Shown here: positions 27,714 through 38,245 of the stretch, in pieces | Layout of the letters: every line of letters begins with the position of its first letter | Position numbering within the stretch: the first letter of the stretch is position 1 | Assembly: GCA_000004985.1 (NCBI GenBank) | Contig: GG738917.1 | Source of the DNA: Naegleria gruberi | Lineage: Eukaryota | Strand: one strand, 5' to 3' | DNA length: 64,000 nucleotides | Notes under the pieces: generated by a model | What the model was told of the DNA's origin: nothing | Seen by the model: the letters and a program-made list of their open reading frames with translations, nothing else | The model's database searches: none | Position numbers and translations under genes: made by a program

Positions 27714-30204
27714 TTAACAAAAGATTGGTCTGCAATCTTCTTCCTCGCACATCAAGCTGGAATTTTGGAAGTGATTAATAAGTGCTATCTTCCCTTGAAT
27801 TCTGGCATAAGTGATATCACAAACCTTTTCACTGTTAAACTTTTCCCACTTCTTTCTATTGAATCTTTCAACAAATGGAATGATTAATTTTGGATCAGCA
27901 AAGTTGATGAATGCATATCCAACATTGCACTTGTTCTTAAAGTCAATAGGAAGATAGAAAAAGTCATATGCTGTTTTGAACTCTACATCTACAGTTTCCA
28001 AAAGCATCTTTTGAGTGTACTTGTTTGGAATATTCTTAACCATGAGAGTAGTTCTCTTATCAATACCACATCTAACCTTTTCAAGATCCAATTTGAATTG
28101 TTCCTTCTCCTCAGCGCTGATAGCTCTTGGACGTCTTGACTTGTTGTTTCCAGGATGAAGAAGAGCATCATTCTTTGGTGGAGAGAGAGTTTCAATATTG
28201 GTGGTTGTTGGAAGAGAGCTGCTGATTTCAATAGTTTCTGGAGTACCTTGAAGAGTTGGACTGCCAGAGTCAGAATCAGAGAATGAAGGGAATCTATTTC
28301 TCAAACCACCAGGTCTAGAGTATTCAATCTTAATCTTTTTACCCTTCAACTCGGTCTTGTTGAGTTGCTTCAATGCTCTTTCAGCATCTCTTGTATCATA
28401 GAACTCGATGAATTTGTGGAATTTCTTGTTAGGAGTTTCTCTAATTTCCTTAACATCTCCTCCAAATTGAGTAAAAATAGTTTTTAACTCTTCATTAGTG
28501 ATAGAAGGATCTAGATTGAAAACAACCAATGTCTCTTGGTTGAGTTGTTCCTTTTCTGGTGGATTTTCCTTTGGAATGGAATAGTGAATATCAATCTTTC
28601 TCTTCTTGATTAACTTGGATTGTAAATTCTTCTTTGCTTGCTTGGCGTGTCTAATATCGTAGTAAGTAATCATGACAAAGCCACGATGCTTGCAAGAAGT
28701 GTACATTTGTCTTATTGGTCCAAAGCTTTCAAAGAGTATTCTCAATTCTTGATCATCAACTACACTAGAAATATTTCTAACAAAAAGTGTTCTTGAAGGA
28801 TATTCACCAGGATGTTTTTGACTCTTTCCTTCATCATCACTGTCTGTTGAAGATCCATTGGAACCATCTTGATTGATTTGGTCGTTTGGATTATAACCAC
28901 CAGCCATTTGAACATTAGCAGTATTTGGGAATAAATTAATACCGTATGGAATTTGTTTGAATCCATTTTGATTGTTATTGGCTTTGTATCCTCCCATTGG
29001 TGAAGAAGAATAATCATTTTCCATATATCCAGTAGCATAGGAAGTCATAAGAGGACTACTTTGAGATGGTGACATTTCAAGATGGCCAACAACATATTGC
29101 TCCTCATTATATCCACCATTAACATACATAGATGGATTATTGGAGTACCAAATATTATTTGAAAAAGAATCTAATTCATCTTCTTCCAAAATTTTCATAT
29201 TCACGGATTTAGAAATGTGGTTATTCATTCTATCAATATCTATATCATTCTTATAAAGTCCTGTTGATGTAAATGCCGGAATAGGAGGCATACTGTTACT
29301 TCTTCCACCTTGAAGTAAAGCTCTAGTTTGTTGAGTGATCTTATTTCCTGGATGATATTCAACTCTAGGAGAGTTACTTGGTGACATTGAAGGAGAAGGA
29401 TGTGATGGAATCAAACCAAAGGTTAAAGGATCAACGTCAGCAGATCCAAATAATGATGAACCTTGATTTGATGGGAATCCTGTATATCCCATATTGTTGT
29501 TGAAAGAAGTGTTCAATTTAACATTTTGTCTTGATGGATTAGTTGGAGTACCAGGAGCAAGAAGTGGACTACCAACGTATCCATGATTATCATAGTTTTG
29601 TGGTGGGAGAGCTGGTGATTGAGGATGATATCCTTGATTATATACAGTGGTGGATGGATTTACATCAATTCTTGGAGAAAGTTCTAAGAAGATAAGAAAT
29701 TAATAAATTGAAGAAGCACTAATACTTACTTGTCAAATGTCCTCCAATAGGAGGGAATCCACTAGAATTACCTCTTTGTCTGGCAGCAAAAGGAACGTCA
29801 AATCTTGGAGAGAGATCCCTTTGATGACTACCATTAGAATCCAATGAAAGAGATTGTTGATGAGTTGGTTGAATATTGTTATTAAATGGTAACTTGTTTG
29901 GAGAGGTACTGGTAGAGATGTCATGGTGCAAATTGTTGTTATCTTGATTTAATGACAATTCCATGAGTGACATCGATAGTTGTGGTATATGATCTAAACT
30001 GTCACCACCTTTAAACGAACCATTGTTTGGATTGTTATTATGCATAGAATTATTACTATTTAGATAGGAGTAAGTCAAGAGAGGTGATGATGGCACGTTT
30101 TGGTTCATCATCGTATTATTCGGTCTACCAAAGAACGTCTTGTTAGAATTATTATCACCATAAACCATGGTAGAGGTAGTATTTGCTTGATGATCAAGAG
30201 TCAT
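27714..30204 (-). CDS. mei2: Mei2-like RNA-binding protein (two N-terminal RRMs plus the diagnostic C-terminal Mei2 RRM3), two exons
   Basis: Exon 1 30204..29730 (ATG 30204; ...GFPPIGGHLTS); 46-nt intron 29729..29684 (GTAAGTATTAGTGCTTCTTCAATTTATTAATTTCTTATCTTCTTAG); exon 2 29683..27717 in phase 1, running into track ORF 27714..29516. RRMs: TLFVRNISSVVDDQELRILFESFGPI...HRGFVMITYYDIRHAKQA and TLVVFNLDPSITNEELKTIFTQFGGDVKEIR...FIEFYDTRDAERALKQLNKTELKGKKIKIEYS. C-terminal TTLMVKNIPNKYTQKMLLETVD...YDFFYLPIDFKNKCNVGYAFINFADP is the Mei2 RRM3 signature. Confidence 0.85.
29684..29729 (-). other. Spliceosomal intron (46 nt) of the Mei2-like gene
   Basis: GTAAGT...TTCTTAG; exon junction in phase 1, no stops between junction and downstream ORF. 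Confidence 0.8.
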
Positions 30205-30224
30205 TTCTAATTTACAGAAAATTT

Positions 30225-30425
30225 AGTAGTATTAATGATGATGATACTAGTTGTTGTTGTAAGTATTAAATTTGTTATCTTTCAAATAATAATAATAATA
30301 AATATTAGGATGATCACCAAATACTTTGATCAACTATTAAATATAGGAAGTAGAATGATGATAGTGGTTGTAGTAGTGGTTGTGGCAAAGTTTTGTCAAG
30401 TAATAATAATAAATTTGTGAAGTAT
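30225..30425. repeat. AT-rich imperfect direct repeats (ATGATGAT...GTTGTTGT... / AATAATAATAAAT) just upstream of the Mei2-like start
   Basis: Two related ~45-nt units (30236-30300 and 30355-30420) with (AAT)n runs. The track ORFs 30235..30420 and 30337..30528 here are low-complexity artefacts. Confidence 0.4.
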
Positions 30426-31864
30426 GACGAATGTTGAACAAACTCTTGTGATCAGAAAGTGGATATAAGAGTTTAAACCGAAATGATAATATCAATTCTT
30501 CACAACACCAACAGCAAATGATCAACAAGATATATTGCCGTTAGATTCCTAAACTGCAAAAATACTACTTGGTCAATAGCAGCTGTTCCGAACTGAATTC
30601 AACAGACAACAGTTGTCAAATACACTGTTTCCTTCGGTTCTTTAAATTGTGATGAGGAAATCAACAATAAAAATCACACACAACTCTTCAGTGGACAAAA
30701 AGTTAAGCAGCAACAGAGAAAAAATGCTTTGCGCAGGTTTTTTTTTGGAATTTTTTCACCAGCAACAAACAAATAGAACGAAGAATGCCTTTCTCAGCGC
30801 GCAAAGTTATCGAAGGGATATTCTCTGAGATGAGATAATATCGAAGGATATGATTGGAAAGCTTTTGTGAAGAAGCTTTGATGTTTTTGAATCTAGAAAT
30901 TTCTAGAGGTAGTTAAAATCTGTAATCTATATGGATAGGACTGTAAACCTGTGTGTGGCTTTTCTTAGCGGGATGAAACTGTGGTGCTGATGATAATATT
31001 TGTTGTATAATTACTCAACAGCAAATATTCCGAAAGATGAAGATGATTGGAAAAATCACACACAACAAGCTTCTTTAAAGACTTGTAAGGGTAGAGATGA
31101 TGCCCTGAAGGTATGTCAACGTTCCCTTCTAGAAATATTACTCTGGTTGATGGGTGCCTTTTTTGATGGGATTACCAACCAATAATTAATGACGATAATC
31201 AACTACGAAAAAGAGCCAAATTATCGAAAGGTTGACTTGAGCAAATTTGGAAGGTTTCAAAAAGCCAGTATTTTGGAAAATTGTAATAATCTACAAGATG
31301 TGTATGTGGTTAGTTGTAGACTCAAAATTTTTGAAAGAAAAACACAAAGATGATAGAAATGCTTTTCAATTAATTCGTGATTATCAGAATCCTTTATTGG
31401 TTTCAAGTAAGTTACCTGATATGGGCAATTCTATTTTGAAGTAATGTAAAAGGATTGGAAATTTTGAGGTCGTACTTGTTATGGATTGTTTACAATTGTG
31501 TTTAGAAAAGATTGTTTTGAATGTGGTGGATTTATATATAACATTAATATTGAGGAAAAACACCATTCTTTATTCGAATATTATAATCTTAAATGTGGAA
31601 TTTCTAATATTGAGGATGATTTGTTTCCATTGCTGGAAAATGGAAAGATTTTACAACGACAAATCAGTTAAGAAGATAGAATATTCTTATTCCAAACTGT
31701 ATAGTATTTAGAATTAGGAGAAAGTAAGGTTTGAAAGAAGAAAATACGAAACTCTGATTTCAATTATAGATTCAGATAGTGATAAGCATCTAGGCAACTA
31801 TATTGGCTTTCTAACACCAACACAGCAAGTAATATTTAAATTGGTCATTTACTAAATTAAAAAA

Positions 31865-32764
31865 ATGGGGTTAAAAGACATGTACAAAGAAATCAAGAAG
31901 AATGTCAGATCGTTGGACGAAACTATGGATCGAACTGACCAAGAAATTGAACATTTCGGCCATGTACTCGATATAACAGAAGATGGCATTGCCAAGTTTA
32001 CAAACTGCATCTCAAAAGCAGAGGTTGCTGTTCACGAAATTGATCAATTAACCAATCATGGAGAAGAATTAGTTTCCAAACTCCATGCACTTGTAAATGT
32101 TGTTGAGAATAAGGAAATGATAATAATGAGTTTTTATGGGGCAATCATTGTAACATTTTTGATTTCCATTCTAATCATTGAAAACTGGATTTCTGTCTTG
32201 ATTTCCAATAGCAAATCCAACCAAGCAGACAGAATCACTTTTTTTGAGACTATATTCGATTACATGTTTCTTTCCGTTATTTGTTTTATATTGAGAGTTC
32301 TCCAATTGATTCTATTCACAATTGTAACATACTCTAGTTTGGAGAGTTTTAAGAAGACAATTCTCAAAAAGGTTGAAGTTGAAATTAGCCCAAGCACCTC
32401 AACAACAAATGGTACCACTTCTCAATTATCTTCCATTGAAATACCAGAGTCTCCTTCCAAGAGCATTCCATCCATTACTCTCACAACTCCTATTCTAGAA
32501 CCAACCATTTCAAATGAGAGCACTGATGTAACTCCTGTAGAGAGTCCAATATCTTCATTGGCCAACAATGTTTCTTCCTCAACAAGAACCTCTAAAAGCG
32601 ATCTAGCCAATGCAGATGAGCTCTCCTCTACATCATCAACTTGTTCTGCCACAACAATATCAGAAGCTATTAAATCCAATTTGGAAAGTGCTTTACAAAT
32701 AGCAAGCTCAATCTCTCATACCACAATAGAAGAGAATCACTCTTCAAACACCAATGCTCTCTAA
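31865..32764 (+). CDS. Hypothetical membrane protein with Ser/Thr-rich C-terminal tail
   Basis: 299 aa. Two predicted TM helices (IIMSFYGAIIVTFLISILII; MFLSVICFILRVLQLILFTIV), then an S/T/P-rich mucin-like tail. Confidence 0.4.
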   Translation: MGLKDMYKEIKKNVRSLDETMDRTDQEIEHFGHVLDITEDGIAKFTNCISKAEVAVHEIDQLTNHGEELVSKLHALVNVVENKEMIIMSFYGAIIVTFLISILIIENWISVLISNSKSNQADRITFFETIFDYMFLSVICFILRVLQLILFTIVTYSSLESFKKTILKKVEVEISPSTSTTNGTTSQLSSIEIPESPSKSIPSITLTTPILEPTISNESTDVTPVESPISSLANNVSSSTRTSKSDLANADELSSTSSTCSATTISEAIKSNLESALQIASSISHTTIEENHSSNTNAL

Positions 32765-32908
32765 CCACATCTTTACTCACTTTCCACAATAAATTAAATT
32801 AATATGGTCATTTAATTTCTTCAATTTTTGACAAACTTTACAAAATCCTAAAATCCTGATGAAAAACGCAAAATCATGAACTTGATCTATTTTTAAAAAA
32901 CAAAAAAA

Positions 32909-34262
32909 ATGATGCAACAACACCAACCTCAAGATTCCTTCGGATCAACTTTTGATTTTAGCACAGACAAGGGAAGCTATTCAATTCCAAAGCAAGCCTT
33001 GATCCAATATGTTGAAAAGGCTTTCTTACAAGAGAAAAAGTCCTTCTTGTTGCTTCCAATTCCTTCCTCTCAGGATTTTATTCCCTTCTCCGTGATGGAA
33101 CAAATTGCAAAGGAATCAGAGAGTGTTAGAAAACAAATGGAAATTGTTCTTCAAACTGTGCCAGAGCAGAATGATAGCTTGAGTGATTTTCACTATACTT
33201 TTGGATCATTACCAGATGAACCAAGTGTATCCTATGAAAGTGATCCGAATGCCTATGTTCAAGATTTGGCATTGTTGACCAATGATACACCTGGATTATT
33301 TGTCAATGATATTGATGGTGGAAAATTCCACTTTGTTTCACAACGTCATTATGATGCAGTTGGTGACTTTGTGTGTAAATATGTACAGGAAGAACTTTTG
33401 GTTAAGAGATGTAAATTAGATGAATATTGGTTGCCATTGGATATGAATGCACAAACTCAAAAAGATCAAATGGTTAATATCTTCATGTCAAAGGATGCAT
33501 TGACAAATCCAAACAAACTTATGCTTCTTATACAGGGATCAGGTGCTGTTCGTCCAGGACAATGGGCTAGAGGTATGTCTTTAATTTATTGAATTATTTG
33601 TAATCATTTGGAAAATAACTTGAATTAATACATTGTGTGAAATAGCTCTCTGTATGAATGACACACTCAAGACTGGTACTCAATACAATTATATTGTACA
33701 AGCTATGAAGGAAGGATATGGAGTGATTGTTTTCAATCCAAATCAAAACCATTACGTTCCAAAGGAGTTGGATGATCCAACCAAGTACAACAAGACAGGA
33801 TACATGAATAGAAACAAACCAGAACCATTGCCAAAGAATGTCAAAAAGTCCATTCCACACAATCAATCCCCACCTGAACATACAGTCTATGTGTGGGATC
33901 ATTTCGTTAAGAAGGCAGCAGCTAAGGATGTTGTAATTGTTGCTCACTCTGCTGGAGGTTGGTGCACTATGGAATTATTGAAGGAGAGAACACAGGAATG
34001 CTTGAATAGAGTTAGAGCTATTGCTTTTACTGATTCAGTTCACTCAGTTAATTCATCTGATCCAAAACCTGTTCGTGATTTTGTGGTTGCCAATGCTGTC
34101 AATTGGGTTACCTCTGAAAAGCAATGTGATGTTCTCGTTTCACCAAAGAGACAGGGATCATCATGTGAATGCAGAAGTGCTGGTCACAATAAGCATGAAT
34201 ATACCTCAGAGTTTTGTCGTGAAGCTGCCTTCTCATATATCAATGCTAAATTGGCTCAATAA
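32909..34262 (+). CDS. FAM172 / Arb2-domain-like protein with esterase-like GxSxG motif, two exons
   Basis: Exon 1 32909..33572 (...GSGAVRPGQWAR); 73-nt intron 33573..33645 (GTATGT...AATAG); exon 2 33646..34262 in phase 1 (ALCMNDTLKTGTQYNYIVQAMKEGYGVIVFNPN...VVIVAHSAGGWCTMELL...). Family assignment rests on my recollection of the Arb2/FAM172A GQW/NPN/HSxGG pattern. Confidence 0.5.
33573..33645 (+). other. Spliceosomal intron (73 nt)
   Basis: GTATGTCTTTAATTTATTGAATTATTTG...GTGTGAAATAG. Joining puts the two track ORFs (32909..33592, 33633..34262) in one frame. Confidence 0.7.
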
Positions 34263-34283
34263 ATTTAATAAATTTTAACAATA

Positions 34284-35243
34284 TCAACTCAATTTTTGTA
34301 AATAATTTAAAAAGTATTGAGGATACTTCCATTCATGTGAATTTTCTGAAACTATTGCAATCATCTGATCCAAAACACTAATCATGTGATTATGTTCAGG
34401 ATGATAAATCGAATCCAAATTCAACAAGTAGGCATACATGGCAGTAAAATGTGACAAGACTCCCAAAAAAACTGCAAAATGCCAAATTCCATGACTGAAT
34501 GGAATAATCCCATTTCCATACACCAAAAACAAACATCCTCCACTAAAGAATACTCCACCCAATACTAAACAAATAAACGCCTCAACTGGAAGTGGTTTCA
34601 ATAATCCAGCTGGGACAACTACAAATCCCGACCATCCCATTATATTTAGGAGAAATACATTGTTGAGCTCTCTGATGAGTTTGATTGTCTTGTGGGGGAG
34701 AAACATTTTAATTAGTCCCATTAGACAGAATAACCAAATAAAGACAGCAATGAAACCTCCACTTCCATATTCGTATTCAATTAAGGTTAACCAGGGAGTA
34801 TAACTTGCTGCAATAAAGATATAAATGGTAGCATGATCAAATATTCTAAATTGCATCGACCACTTATCATGTCTTCCTTTCAGAAAACATAAAAGATGAT
34901 AAGTAGACGAAACTCCAAAAAGTAAAACCATTCCAGCTCCATACGAAATTACACACAAGGCCTCTCTCCAACTATTCACAATTTCATCTTCAAATATTTG
35001 TATAGAATAATAAATAAAAAAGAATATCGGAAAGAAATGTGTTAGAAAGTTGACTAATTCTTCACAATTTGAAGGAATGTAATCTGCTCCTTTCCCACTT
35101 TTAGGTCTCGGATTCATAAATATTGAACATAATGGACATGAATATCCATTGTGATGGTGAGTTTTGTGTTGTATTTGATGTTTGTCGTCGTTATCTTTTT
35201 GACAAGATTCAAGGTGGATTTGTTTAGTTTCTAATAGTTTCAT
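34284..35243 (-). CDS. PAQR (progestin/adipoQ receptor) / hemolysin-III family 7-TM protein
   Basis: Track ORF starts on GTG at 35303; first ATG at 35243 (MKLLETKQIH...). Seven hydrophobic helices and the family motif HGIWHFAVFLGVLSHF (HxxxH) near the C-terminus. Confidence 0.8.
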   Translation of the reverse strand: MKLLETKQIHLESCQKDNDDKHQIQHKTHHHNGYSCPLCSIFMNPRPKSGKGADYIPSNCEELVNFLTHFFPIFFFIYYSIQIFEDEIVNSWREALCVISYGAGMVLLFGVSSTYHLLCFLKGRHDKWSMQFRIFDHATIYIFIAASYTPWLTLIEYEYGSGGFIAVFIWLFCLMGLIKMFLPHKTIKLIRELNNVFLLNIMGWSGFVVVPAGLLKPLPVEAFICLVLGGVFFSGGCLFLVYGNGIIPFSHGIWHFAVFLGVLSHFTAMYAYLLNLDSIYHPEHNHMISVLDQMIAIVSENSHEWKYPQYFLNYLQKLS

Positions 35244-35529
35244 TTTTTTCTTTGAAGGAAAATTGGATAAAAGGATAACATGGATATCGATGAATTTCCA
35301 CACACAAAAGAAAGCACAACAATAAGCATGGTTGAAAAATCGATAAACATTATGAATTGAAAATATTTAAGTTTCCTAAAATTATGTCCTGATTATACCA
35401 TCAGAGGCAATCTCAAAAGGATAGCTCACTCTCCTTTCAAACAATTGAGTTAAATTCGTTAACAGTTGTGTAAATCTCTTTTGTAAATGTGCGGATTCAG
35501 TACATTTGAGGGTTTACAAAATTACAAAT

Positions 35530-37701
35530 TTATTTTACTTGCTTTGCTGTAATTAATTCAACAATCATCTTATTACTTGGAGAATCAATCTTGAATTTGT
35601 TAGCCAACTCTACAAATGCTCCATTGAGATACATAATTTCAGTTTCGTTTTGATTTTCCAAGTCCACTAACATGCTACAACGATTTGAACTAGTCAACTC
35701 ACAAATTTTCATTACCTTTTCATAAACTACTTGCTCAATAGACTTGTCTTTCATTTCTTGAGCTGTAGCCAATGAATCTATTGCTCCAGGAATCATTCTT
35801 AAAATATTGACTTGTTCCTTAATTAGAATTTTCATCAAATTTTGTAAGGCGAGATTTTGTAATAAATTTCCATTTTCAATTTGGTAGAGGGAGGCAAGCG
35901 GATTGATGGTGGAATTGATAATAAGTTTCATCCAATCAACAAACTTTGGTTTTCCATCAATTATTGTCGAATTCAGTATTGAGCCAATTTGGAATTGTGA
36001 ATTATTGGAAAATACATTTCCTAATTTGGTGTCTACAAGTAGTTTTGGAACGCTAATTGATATTTTGTCAGTGTTCGATTGCTCCAATACTCTTCTATCT
36101 TCACTATTAAGAATTGTCTTGACTCCTGAGTATAAATTGATTGGTGACATTGAAACGCCTTCCAAGTTGAGTTTTGAAAGAGAGGTCAAGATATTTTGCT
36201 CATTTCCATATCCATTCTGAACAGTTATAATATGCTTAATCTTTGATAAAGATGGAAGTCCTTCCATCATGTTCTGAATTGCTTGATTAGTGGCATAACT
36301 CTTGACAGCTATAATCAAGACATCAATTTCACCATTCCAAGCATTCTTCAATTCTTCATCACTTATAATATTTACAATAGTATTTCTAATTGATTTAGTT
36401 TCATTTCCTTCCCTTACTTGTGTGGAAATTTCAATATTTTCTTCAAGTTTCGTCTTTTTTCCACTCAGCAATTTCACATCACAATTACTTGATAAACTAG
36501 AAGCAAACAATGAACCAACAGATCCTGAACCAAGAATTAATACCTTTGGTCTTTCGCCTACATTATTATAATCTACACCCAATTGTCCATCTTTCTTTCC
36601 ATCAACATTTGACTTGATTATCTCATTAACTTGATGATTTTTCACATCTTTTTCAATATATTCCGAAACTACACTATATACATCATCCTTAATAATAAAA
36701 GTATGTGATTTGTGTGGAAATTCTCCATTCACAACATCTTTCACATAATTTTCACAAGCATCAATCATGATTGGATTCAAATTCAAATATTGTTTACAAA
36801 ACTTTGGAGTAAACTTTGAATACATTCCCAATAAATCATGATAAACCAACACCTGACCTGAACATTTACCAGATCCAATACCAATTGTTGGAATTCCAAT
36901 GTGTTTCGTAATGAGAGAGGCTAATTTCTGAGGAACGCATTCCAGTACAATTAAGCTAGCTCCAGCTTCCTTAACTGCCAATGCATCTTTCCATAATTGG
37001 ATAGCTTCTGAGCAGTTCTTTGAACCAACCACTCTGAAACCTCCCAATTGATTGCATGATTGTGGGGTTAGGCCAATATGTGCAATGACAACTATTCCAG
37101 CATCGACAATTGACTTGATTTTTGAGGCAACTCTTTCACCTCCTTCAAGTTTGACAGAATTCATTTCTGCTTCCTTAATAAACCTAACAGCATTGTGAAC
37201 TGCAGCGTCATCTGTGACATAGGAACCAAATGGCATGTCACCGATCAAGAATGAATATTGACTTCCTCTCTTGACAGCTTTAGCATGATGAATCATTTCG
37301 TCCATCGTAACGCTAGTTGTGTTTGGTTGACCTAAGGCAGTCATTGACAAGGAATCACCCACCAATATCATATCACAATTTGTTTGGTCAACCACAGAAG
37401 CAGAATGAAAATCAGTTGCTGTGAGCATTGTCAAGGGAATTTGATTTTGATACTTGTAATTGATGCATTGCAAAGTGACAGGTACTAATTCTTGCCTTAT
37501 AGATTCTTTCTCTTGTGAGGATGCCTTATTACTCTTTGGACTTGTGTGCACTGAATAGTTTCGAATAGTCTTCTTTCCATTTATGGTAGACGAAACCCAA
37601 CTCTTTCTTGTGGACTGAACAAGATTCAGCAACGAGAGGACGTCATCCCTTCCCAAACTCTTCCTTACAAGACCACCACCTATTTTTGTAATCATCTTCA
37701 T
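35530..37701 (-). CDS. panB-panE: Bifunctional ketopantoate hydroxymethyltransferase (PanB) - ketopantoate reductase (PanE/ApbA) fusion
   Basis: ATG 37701 (track 37719 is TTG). Basic N-terminal extension; PanB region VPVTLQCINYKYQNQIPLTMLTATDFHSASVVDQTNCDMILVGDSLSMTALGQPNTTSVTMDEMIHHAKAVKRG...IAHIGLTPQ; then from ~residue 385 a PanE/ApbA domain with dinucleotide fold VLILGSGSVGSLFASSL, conserved IIAVKSYAT and an ApbA_C-like tail. Confidence 0.85.
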   Translation of the reverse strand: MKMITKIGGGLVRKSLGRDDVLSLLNLVQSTRKSWVSSTINGKKTIRNYSVHTSPKSNKASSQEKESIRQELVPVTLQCINYKYQNQIPLTMLTATDFHSASVVDQTNCDMILVGDSLSMTALGQPNTTSVTMDEMIHHAKAVKRGSQYSFLIGDMPFGSYVTDDAAVHNAVRFIKEAEMNSVKLEGGERVASKIKSIVDAGIVVIAHIGLTPQSCNQLGGFRVVGSKNCSEAIQLWKDALAVKEAGASLIVLECVPQKLASLITKHIGIPTIGIGSGKCSGQVLVYHDLLGMYSKFTPKFCKQYLNLNPIMIDACENYVKDVVNGEFPHKSHTFIIKDDVYSVVSEYIEKDVKNHQVNEIIKSNVDGKKDGQLGVDYNNVGERPKVLILGSGSVGSLFASSLSSNCDVKLLSGKKTKLEENIEISTQVREGNETKSIRNTIVNIISDEELKNAWNGEIDVLIIAVKSYATNQAIQNMMEGLPSLSKIKHIITVQNGYGNEQNILTSLSKLNLEGVSMSPINLYSGVKTILNSEDRRVLEQSNTDKISISVPKLLVDTKLGNVFSNNSQFQIGSILNSTIIDGKPKFVDWMKLIINSTINPLASLYQIENGNLLQNLALQNLMKILIKEQVNILRMIPGAIDSLATAQEMKDKSIEQVVYEKVMKICELTSSNRCSMLVDLENQNETEIMYLNGAFVELANKFKIDSPSNKMIVELITAKQVK

Positions 37702-38245
37702 TTTCTCAATTTTTTTCAATATTGTTTCGGTTGCTGAGAAGTCAAAGACGGAAATTTAAAAACCTTCGAGAGATTAAACTCAAATATCCAGCAACTGTTG
37801 TGAATGATAATAATAATTAACGTCCAACAACCCTCACAGATTGGATATTCTCCGTTAAATTGAAGATTGTTCATTATCACCAACATTTGACTCTAAAATT
37901 AATCTCTTCACTGTTCTTCAACCCTGATTGATATTTGGATCTCTTGCAAAGATTGATAATTTATTTCTTCTTCATGGTGTTGATGAGTTATGTTGTTCTT
38001 ATTTCCATTCTCCGATGGACAAAAAGTTGTTTTTCAGCACAAATATCTTGCACTGTAAATGACGAAGGTTCAAAATTGTAATTTCTTCATTCCTGGAATG
38101 TGTGATTGTAATGTTGAGGTCTGTTACGTATTATTTGAAATTTCCTTCAAATAATTATCCGATTAAGAGACAGTGATTGAGAACTTTAATTTCGCATCAT
38201 TCATTATTCGAAACACAAAAAAACAGTAAAAAAAAATAGAGAGTA

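Noticed and set aside
31100-31130. Possible 22-nt intron (GTATGTCAACGTTCCCTTCTAG) in small ORF 31000..31185.
   Set aside because: Splicing it introduces a stop within two codons; far shorter than the six supported introns (44-73 nt).
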